This document shows, piece after piece, positions 56,555 to 64,000 of a stretch of 64,000 bases of DNA. The stretch is from positions 384,001 to 448,000 of the forward strand of contig CBDBKE010000002.1 in the NCBI GenBank assembly GCA_965206645.1, given 5' to 3'. The position numbers were made by a program, and so were the translations under genes. The notes under the pieces were generated by a model. It saw only the letters and a program-made list of their open reading frames with translations, ran no database searches and had not been told where the DNA came from. Each line of letters opens with the position of its first letter. The stretch's first letter is position 1. Origin of the DNA: Terriglobia bacterium. Its GTDB lineage: Bacteria; Acidobacteriota; Terriglobia; JAJPHL01; JAPKYU01.

Positions 56555-56816
56555 CGGGTGGCGCTCCTCGGGGTGGCGGGGGTGTAGCACTTTGCCCCTT
56601 CGTATAGCCTACCCCGTCAATGCGGCAACCTAGCCGGTCGCGCCCGGTGGTCTCCGCCCGCCGCACTGGTGGGGTAGCTCGCCCACTTTTCGGTGCTGAA
56701 AGCCTGCAAGGTGTTTGTGGGATCGGCTTTTATTAACTCAATTGAGTAGAACCCGCGAGCTGGGAGCTGCCTGCGTTCGTTCCCGCGTTTATCGTCGGCG
56801 CTATACTAGGGGGTGT

Positions 56817-57131
56817 TTAAGCAGGGGCTCTGGGCTCGCCAAGGGCCGCCATGTGTTGCTCCCACACCCGGCGCCGTTGCTCCCGGCGCTGAAGGACGAA
56901 ATCCTTCGCTTTCTCAAAGCCCAGAAAGTCATGGCGCTCTTTTAGCCGGTTGCAGGTTCGACAGGCTGCTACCAAATTGCTAGTCTCCTTTGTTCTTCCC
57001 TCGGCGCGGGGAACCACAAAGTCCACCGTCATCATCAAGGCATTATCGAAACCGGCGGTTCCGTCTAAACCGCAATAGTGACAGCGAAAACGGTCCCGCA
57101 TCAGGATTGCGAGGCCCTCTTCCTCCGTCAA
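56817..57131 (-). CDS. Small HNH endonuclease-like protein
   Basis: RDRFRCHYCG...TVDFVVPR...NLVAACRTCNRLK. Confidence 0.8.
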   Translation of the reverse strand: MTEEEGLAILMRDRFRCHYCGLDGTAGFDNALMMTVDFVVPRAEGRTKETSNLVAACRTCNRLKERHDFLGFEKAKDFVLQRREQRRRVWEQHMAALGEPRAPA

Positions 57132-57186
57132 CGGTGATTCCAGCGAACCAGGACCGGATCTGCTAAGCTATTGAAAGCATTGTCGC

Positions 57187-57223
57187 GGAGAGGTGTCCGA
57201 GTGGCTGAAGGAGCGCGCTTGGA
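57187..57223 (+). pseudogene. 5' half of tRNA-Ser(GGA), truncated at the anticodon loop
   Basis: GGAGAGGTGTCCGAGTGGCTGAAGGAGCGCGCTTGGA: acceptor 5' strand, Ser-type D arm, anticodon 5' stem and GGA. An extended -10 (TGCTAAGCT) lies upstream. No 3' half seen in the window. Confidence 0.8.
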
Positions 57224-57550
57224 TGTATAACGCCCTTATCGGAAACTGACCCACTACCCTGGCGGGCGTAGAGAGTCACTTGTCCGGTTTGCCGACTATA
57301 CGTCCAAGTGACCGCCATCGTCAGGGGAGGAGCCCAAGGCGCTGCGATAGTTTCCGCGTCGGCGAGCACTCGGGAGTTGGCAGCTGGACCGGAAAGAACC
57401 GGGGGGTTAGGGGCAATCTACCCGGCGTTGTTGGTGACAAGGCGGTGTATCTCGTGCCGCTTGGACTCTACTATTGCGGAAGGCGGAAGACCACCGGTGC
57501 GCCTAGCCGCGTCGCCGCGCTGACTTGCCTGGGGGCGGGCGGTAAGATGG
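57218..57550 (+). repeat. Non-coding element copy 2 with terminal promoter-like motif
   Basis: First ~50 nt nearly identical to copy 1; ends CTGACT-N17-TAAGAT. Confidence 0.85.
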
Positions 57551-57585
57551 CCGCACAGAGGGGGCTTTTTCGTGGTTGACGTAGG

Positions 57586-57623
57586 CTTTCGGGTGAAGGG
57601 GAAGCTCAAAATCGAAATTCCGG
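57586..57623 (+). mobile_element. Isolated IS1380 right-end remnant
   Basis: tttcgggtgaaggggaagctcaaaatcgaaattccgg matches 20211-20247 with one mismatch. Confidence 0.8.
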
Positions 57624-57758
57624 TCCCATGCGCTTGAGCCCTCAGCGCCGCTGGCGTACAATCATGAGCCGTGCGAACTTTGCAATCGACAAGCCCTGCT
57701 GAAATAGCAACTGAGTTGCCTCCTACTCGTCGGGCGGGACACACTTCACCGAGCAACT

Positions 57759-59645
57759 ATGCTTGATCTAATCATCATACTCGCGTTTATCATATACAGT
57801 ATAAGTAATGGGTTTCATAACAGATCTAAGGCTTCTCGCAATCTAGAAGAATATTTTCTAGCGGGTCGGTCAATTAAGGGATGGCGTGCTGGCTTTAGCC
57901 TGGCAGCCACCCAGTTTGCTGCCGATACACCGCTGTTAGTCACAGGACTCATCGCAACCGGCGGAATTTTCATGCTGTGGCGACTGTGGATCTACGGCCT
58001 GGGCTTCTTCATGATCGGCTTTCTCCTGGGACGGGCATGGCGTCGAGCCCGCGTGCTCACCGATGCGGAGCTCACCGAGCTTCGGTATAGTGGTTGCGGC
58101 GTCCTAATGTTACGCGGCCTGAAAGCCATTTATTACGGCACGGTCATGAATTGTACGATAATGGCGATGGTATTGGTTGCCGCCACGCGTATCTGCGAGG
58201 TTTTTCTCCCCTGGCATAAGTGGTTACCTGGTGCTTTCTACCAGTGGATGTACAACCTAGTTGAATGGGTAGGAATTCGTTTGTCGTCCGGCGCTACAGG
58301 GCTCGAACCGTTTGTGGCGACAACCAACAACTTATTCAGTATTCTTCTGATTATCGGATTTACGGCCCTCTATTCCACTACAGGTGGATTACGATCCGTC
58401 ATTGCCACCGACACCGTTCAGTTCAGCATCGCGATGATTGGCACGCTGATCTATGCAATCGTTGTGGTTATAAACTCTGGAGGTATCGGTCAGATCGTTC
58501 AGGGCCTTGTCCGGCATTATGGTGCAACCCAAGCGAGCCAATTCCTTTCGTTCAGCCCGACCACATGGGAAGCATTCATGCCGTTCCTAGTGGTTGTCAG
58601 CCTGCAGTGGTTTTTCGAGCGCAACAGCGATGGTACTGGTTACTTTGCCCAACGAATGATGTCCTGCAGAAGTGATCGGGATGCTCGAATGGCCGCTTTT
58701 ATCTTCACGTGGTTGCAAATTTTGCTGCGAAGTCTCTTCTGGTTGGTGATCGGCGTGGGTTTGTTGGTGATCTATCCATTCGATCCGGCTTCTGTCGGCG
58801 GAGAAACCTTTGTGGCCAGCAGAGAGCTGCTGTTTGCGACAGGAATAAGAGATCTCCTGCCTGCAGGCATCAAGGGCATTATGTTGACCGGGTTGTTGGC
58901 TGCGCTAGCCTCGACCATCGATACTCACTTGACATGGGGAGCCAGTTACTGGAGCAATGACTTATACCTGCGGATTGTGAATCGAGCATGGCTTAAACGA
59001 GAACCCTCCACCCGCGAACAGGTGCTTGTCGCTCGACTGTCGAATGTCGTGATCCTCGTCATTGCCTTGGTCATTATGACAAACCTGGAATCCATCCAGA
59101 CGGCCTGGTATATAACCCTCTTATTTGGAGCGGGAACGGGCGCTGTATTGATACTAAGATGGCTTTGGGAACGAATTAATCTCTACTCTGAGATCTCGGC
59201 CATTGGCGCGTCGCTGGTCTTGGCGCCGATCATCCTTTTTACGGTAGAAGCTGAATGGTTACGGTTATTGCTCATGTCATCGATGTCGACAGCGGTCGTT
59301 ATCACAGTAACTCTGCTTACGCGACCAACGGCGGAAGGCGTTCTGGTGGAATTTTATAAACGTGTGGATCCGCCCGGTTTCTGGAAGCAAACTGCCGAAA
59401 CAGTAGGTGTAGATGCACGGCGTCCGATTGAGGCATTGAAAAAGGGAGCCTATCTAACCGTCGTCACGAGTTTATCGCTCTATTTGCTGCTGGTTGGCTT
59501 CGGTAAGCTCATCTTGCCTAATCCAGCCAGTTCAGTGGTCTATTCATGGTTTTACATCGTGTTGGGAGTTGCGAGTGTAACGTTGTGGTGGCGAAGACTG
59601 TTTCCACCGAAAACTTCTGCGGATTCTGGTGGCGAACAAAGTTAA
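57759..59645 (+). CDS. Sodium:solute symporter (SSS) family transporter
   Basis: EEYFLAGRS, ATQFAADTPL, GGLRSVIATD, QRMMS, AALASTID; many TM helices; lower GC than the core. Confidence 0.93.
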   Translation: MLDLIIILAFIIYSISNGFHNRSKASRNLEEYFLAGRSIKGWRAGFSLAATQFAADTPLLVTGLIATGGIFMLWRLWIYGLGFFMIGFLLGRAWRRARVLTDAELTELRYSGCGVLMLRGLKAIYYGTVMNCTIMAMVLVAATRICEVFLPWHKWLPGAFYQWMYNLVEWVGIRLSSGATGLEPFVATTNNLFSILLIIGFTALYSTTGGLRSVIATDTVQFSIAMIGTLIYAIVVVINSGGIGQIVQGLVRHYGATQASQFLSFSPTTWEAFMPFLVVVSLQWFFERNSDGTGYFAQRMMSCRSDRDARMAAFIFTWLQILLRSLFWLVIGVGLLVIYPFDPASVGGETFVASRELLFATGIRDLLPAGIKGIMLTGLLAALASTIDTHLTWGASYWSNDLYLRIVNRAWLKREPSTREQVLVARLSNVVILVIALVIMTNLESIQTAWYITLLFGAGTGAVLILRWLWERINLYSEISAIGASLVLAPIILFTVEAEWLRLLLMSSMSTAVVITVTLLTRPTAEGVLVEFYKRVDPPGFWKQTAETVGVDARRPIEALKKGAYLTVVTSLSLYLLLVGFGKLILPNPASSVVYSWFYIVLGVASVTLWWRRLFPPKTSADSGGEQS

Positions 59646-59647
59646 AG

Positions 59648-59780
59648 TGTTCTTAGATGGAGATCTCCGGACACCGGGGTAGTCCGGTGGCAGGAGATTT
59701 TAGTTTAGGCCGCGATCTCCTGCGGCATATGATTGACTTCCTCCCAGAAGGCCTGACAGGGAGTGCGTCGCCTATTAGGC
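59648..59780 (-). mobile_element. Probable IS481-like 3' end remnant
   Basis: Minus strand RTPCQAFWEE...IAA* followed by an end reading GTGTCCGGAGATCTCCATCTAAGAACA. Confidence 0.4.
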
Positions 59781-59931
59781 CATCTCATGAGTGCAGGCCG
59801 GGTGCTGTCGGTTCGGGCGGGTCCTGACACCTGCAGCTCTCGGAGCTGCTTCCTGAAAGCATAAGTAAACCCTAGCCGACAAGGCGGGACCTATCTACTC
59901 TCAGCTATTAAGTGACGCTGCCTCCAGGTAG

Positions 59932-60205
59932 GCACTTGTCCGGTAAGCCGACTATACGTCCAAGTGACCGCCGACGTCAGCGGAGGAGCCGCAAGGCGCT
60001 GGGGTACTTTCCGAGAAGCCGACTATTCGCCCAGCTGAACCCGGGATTGGTAAACACTAGCCCGTTTGTGGGGACCTATCCGGCATTGCTCGTGGCAAGG
60101 CAGTGTATCTCGTGCCGCTTGGACTTCCGCCAGTACAGCAGCGGGGACCACGCAACTGGCCGAGTTGCCGGGTTGACTTGCCTGCGGGTGGGGCCTAGGA
60201 TGGTT
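59932..60205 (+). repeat. Non-coding element copy 3 (lacks the left arm) with terminal promoter-like motif
   Basis: CACTTGTCCGGTAAGCCGACTATACGTCCAAGTGACCGCC; shares blocks with both copy 1 and copy 2; TTGACT-N17-TAGGAT at 60173-60201. Confidence 0.85.
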
Positions 60206-60310
60206 GTCCAAGAGTAGGTTCCTTTGTCATGATTGACAACACGACATCACTAGTAACTGGAACTGGATGGAAATCGGATTGACCCTCATCTGTGCAAAGG
60301 AGGTTGGGCA

Positions 60311-62017
60311 ATGATCTCTCGGCGCGCATCGTTTTCGCCTGATCTGCGTCTTGCATTTGCCCTCTGCTCGACACTGGTCGTCTGCGGGCTTGGAGTGGCG
60401 GATGCGGGCGGCCAGAAGGATCCGGCGCTCGATGCGAAATCGACGGTTGTGGAAGGCCAGATTGCACCGCGGTTGCAGAATCTGGGGGACCACAAGCATA
60501 GCGTCACGACAAATTCGCCTCGGACACAGCTCTTCTTCAACCAGGGGCTCAACCTCGCCTTCGGCTTCAACCACCGGGAGGCCGGTCGTTCGTTCCGCGA
60601 GGCTGCGCGGCTCGACCCGGACTGCGCCATGGCCTATTGGGGACAAGCGCTTGTCCTGGGTCCGAACATCAACCTACCGATGCCGCCCAAGGCGGAACCG
60701 GAAGCCTACAAGCTGATCCACAAAGCCGTTATGCTCAAAGCGAAGGTCTCGGAGAAGGAGCGAGCTTACATTGACGCGTTGGCAAAGCGGTACTCGAATG
60801 AAGAAAAGCCCGATCGGAAAGCGCTCGACCGCGCTTATGCCGAAGCTATGCGTGATCTTTCCGAGCGCTATCCCGATGATCTGGACGTTGCCACGCTCTA
60901 CGCCGAAGCGGTCATGGATCTGAGGCCATGGAACTATTGGACCCGGGACATGCAACCCTATCCCGAGACGGTTGAGATCCTTCGAGTTCTCGAGTCCGTC
61001 CTGCAGCATAACGCGAACCACCCGGGCGCCATTCACTACTACATCCACACTGTCGAGTTCGCCCGCCCTGAATTGGCCGAAGCCGGAGCTGACCGTTTGG
61101 GCCAGCTCACGCCGGGGGCCGGCCACCTAGTGCATATGCCGTCCCACATCTACAGGAGGGTAGGTCGCTATACCGACGCATCCAAGAGCAACGAACTGGC
61201 CATCCTCGCCGATGAAGATTACATCACCCAGTGCCGCGCCCAAGGGATCTACCCGCTGGCCTACTACCCGCACAACATCCACTTCCTGTGGGACTCGGCC
61301 ACGATGGAGGGGCGAAGTCGGGTAGCGGTTGCAGCCGCACGCAAGGTGGCCTCAAGTATTCCCACCGACGCTTGGCGTGAGATCCCCCTGCTGCACCAGT
61401 TCCTTGTGACTCCCTTGCACGCCCTCACTCGCTTCGGGAAGTGAGAGGAGGTTTTGCAGGAACCGCGGCCGCCTGCCGCCAGTCCGTTCTGGACCGGCAT
61501 CTGGCACTACTCTCGCGGCTTGGCTTTCATCGCCACCAACCGGCTGGAGGAGGCTTCCCAGGAACTACAGGCTCTCCAGGCGATTGCCAATGACAAGTCC
61601 CTAAAGGGCCTGCGGGTGACCTTCTCCGCCAACGGGGCAACCCCCATCCTGGTCATCGCGACTGAGGCTCTGGCGGGAGAGTTAGCCGCCAAGCAGGGTG
61701 ACTTTGAGAAAGCGATTACTCATCTCCACCGGGGTGTCTTGCTCGAAGACAGCCTCATCTACACCGAGCCCCCGGATTGGCACATTCCCGTTCGCCAATC
61801 GTTGGGCGCCGTGCTGCTCGAGGCCGGGCGACCGTTGGAAGCAGAAACGATCTACTGGCAAGACTTGAAGTGGAACCGAGAGAATGGCTGGGCTCTTTAC
61901 GGCCTAATGAAGAGCCTCGAAGCACAAGGAAAGACGGAGCAAGCTGGGGAAATTGAGAAGAGGTTCCGAAAAGCGTGGGCAATGGCGGACGTAAGACTCA
62001 CTGCATCGCGTTTCTGA
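60311..62017 (+). pseudogene. Secreted TPR-repeat protein with in-frame TGA at 61442
   Basis: FNQGL..AFGFNH.EA.RSF, HPGAIHYYIH, HLVHMPSHIY; FGK*EEVL reads on in frame to the EPPDW and NGWAL motifs. Confidence 0.85.
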
Positions 62018-62163
62018 GAATTTTCTGCAAGCCTGGAACCGAGCGAGGAGACCCTCGCTTCCAGGACCTGCTACGCCGCATGAACCTCCCGGACTAAGCG
62101 GACCGGCCAAACTTGCCCTTCAGGTGGCACGGTGGTAGCGTCTTCCTAGGAAAGGACGTGGTC

Positions 62164-62531
62164 ATGAGGAGACTTTATTCTGTCGCCTTTTGGGTAGCCC
62201 TTGGGCTGCTGCCGTTCGCAGCTCGGGCTCAGGGGACGCCCAAAATTGTCGTCGTGGGTCTGTCGGCTGCTCAGGTTTCAGAACTGAAGGCTGCTGCCCG
62301 CGCCAGCTTCGTCAGCGTTTTGAGTCCTGCTGAAGCCTTGCAGCAAATCGGCAATGCCGATGGACTGATGGGCATTTGCAATCGGGATCTAGTCCGGGCT
62401 GGAAAGAAGCTCAGATGGATCCAGGTTTACAGTGCAGGAGTTGAGCGATATCGATTTCCCGAACTTCTCAACAGCAACATCACGCTTACCAACGCTAAGA
62501 TCATCCAGGGTCCGGAGATTGCCGACCATGC
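62164..62531 (+). pseudogene. D-2-hydroxyacid dehydrogenase N-terminus (with signal peptide) truncated by IS3
   Basis: LRWIQVYSAGVE...TLTNAKIIQGPEIADHA, then the IS3 IR. Confidence 0.8.
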
Positions 62532-64000
62532 TGACCAGACCGGTTTTTTGTACCAACCGTAGTGAGAGTTCACATCGCAGCCTGGGGCTGTGAAACTGGT
62601 TTCAGTGGCAGGGGAGGGCTATAGGCCCCCGGCGCCGGGGGCATCCCAGCGACCGCGCCAACTCCACCACCTGTGTGAACAGATCGTTCAGGGCACGGGC
62701 GTGTCCGAAACTGGTTCAGCGTCCAAAAGTCCGGCCCCGCTCCGGCCGCCAGATAACGGAACGCCAGGTCCTCCGCACCCGCTGTTCCAGACGGCGGGCC
62801 GAGGTCACGCCCAGCGCGTAGGCTACAGCCACACCTTCAGCAAAAGCGGCCGGATGATAGGCCGGGCGGCCTTCTTCCACGTAGCCCTGCTCAAACGCAC
62901 TCAGTTCCAGCCGCTCCACGACTTGGTGCACCAGATGTGATAGCCGAGCGCCGAGTGCGGCCGCACCGTGTTGGCGCGGTCCGGCATGGGGCGGCCACGT
63001 GGCATGGACTCGAGCCGAGCGCCGAGTGCGGCCGCACCGTGTTGTATTGCACCCTCCACTGTTCAATCACCACCTGTGCCTCCTTCAACGAGTAGAAGAT
63101 CTCTCCATTCAGGCATTCGTCCCGCAGCTTCCCATTGAAACTCTCGCAGTACCCGTTCTCCCAGGGACTGCCCGGTTCGATGTACAGTGTCCCGGTCCCT
63201 AGATTTGCCAACCACTGGCGCAGTTGTTTGGCGATGAACTCGGGACCATTGTCGGATCGAATCTGTTCCGGTATCCCTCGCCACAACATCACGTCCGACA
63301 ACGCCTCAATGATTTGTTGGCTGCCCATCCTCCGCTCCACCCGGATCGCCAGGCATTCCCGCGTGTACTCATCCAGCAAGGTCAGCAGCCGCAGCGTTCT
63401 CCCCTCGTGCGTTCTGGCACTCATGAAGTCGTAGCTCCACACGTGGTTCGGTCGCTCCGGCCTCAGTCGTACACAGGAACCGTCGTTCAGCCACAGCCGT
63501 CCTCGCGGCCTTTGTTTTTGCGGCACTTTTAGCCCTTCCCGCCGCCAAATCCGCTGCACCCGGTCCTTGCCCACTTCCCAGCCCGCACTCCGCAGCAACG
63601 CTGTGATCCTCCGGTAGCCATATCGCCCGTACTTCGCTCCCAGGGCAATGATCACTCGGGTCAGAGCATCCTCGTCCACCCGATGAATCGGCTCGTATCG
63701 TTGTGTCCCTCGCCATTGCCCCAGCAGCCGGCAGGCAGGCCGTTCCGACAACCCGTGTTGCTCCCACGCACGCTCCACCGCACAACGCCGCCGCTCAGGG
63801 CTCAGAAGTTTCCCTGTGCCACATCCCGCAGTACCTGCTTCTCCAGAGAAAGCTCCGCTACCAACCGCTTCAGCCGCGTGTTTTCCTTCTCCAACTCCTT
63901 TAGCCGTTTTGCCTGCACCACCTTCAGCCCGCCGTATTCCTTCCGCCACCGGTAGTAGGTTTGGGTGTGGATTCCAGCTTCTTTGCAGGCTTGGGGCGCA
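62532..64000 (-). mobile_element. IS3 family element (copy 2), rearranged at the orfB 3' end, runs off the window
   Basis: Near-identical to 43022-44271 apart from inserts within 62643-63011. Confidence 0.92.
62643..62939 (-). mobile_element. IS1182-family (DUF772) transposase fragment inside IS3
   Basis: GRPAYHP..LKVWL.AYALGVTSARRLEQRV..DLAFRYLA...PDFWTLNQFR, with indels. Confidence 0.75.

Noticed and set aside
56817-57550. HNH gene plus adjacent structured repeat as IscB/HEARO (OMEGA)
   Set aside because: The protein is only 104 aa, lacks PLMP and RuvC, and lacks the catalytic His. The repeat also occurs twice without it.
52199-60205. Repeat copies as a CRISPR array or group I/II intron
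   Set aside because: No regular repeat-spacer period and no cas genes; no recognisable group I P7 or group II domain V, and no 3' exon in the window.

Overview
GC-rich bacterial chromosomal window. The gene set (DUF3857/transglutaminase pair, DUF1501 plus PSD1/cytochrome c, TPR-GAF-GGDEF protein beside lepA) suggests Acidobacteriota; this is inference. About 1-40 kb is mostly intact housekeeping genes: pirin, nusB, ribH, crotonase and 3-hydroxyacyl-CoA dehydrogenase, lepA, gdhA, argF-argG-argH-argR with ARG boxes, mobA, FmdE, fdhD, tRNA-Asp, and nrdJ with NrdR boxes. Decayed accessory genes are interspersed. About 40-64 kb is rich in IS elements and pseudogenes (IS1380, IS3, IS21, and IS5/IS481/IS1182 remnants). 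It also holds tRNA-Lys next to an integrase remnant, a truncated ParB-like gene, an XRE regulator and a small HNH-like gene. The most unusual signal is a three-copy non-coding element (about 52.2, 57.2 and 59.9 kb). It is built from inverted 11-6-11 recombinase-like sites, and two copies end in a sigma70-like promoter facing cargo genes. One copy is fused at the anticodon loop to an orphan 5' half of tRNA-Ser(GGA). All calls were made by eye, without database searches.
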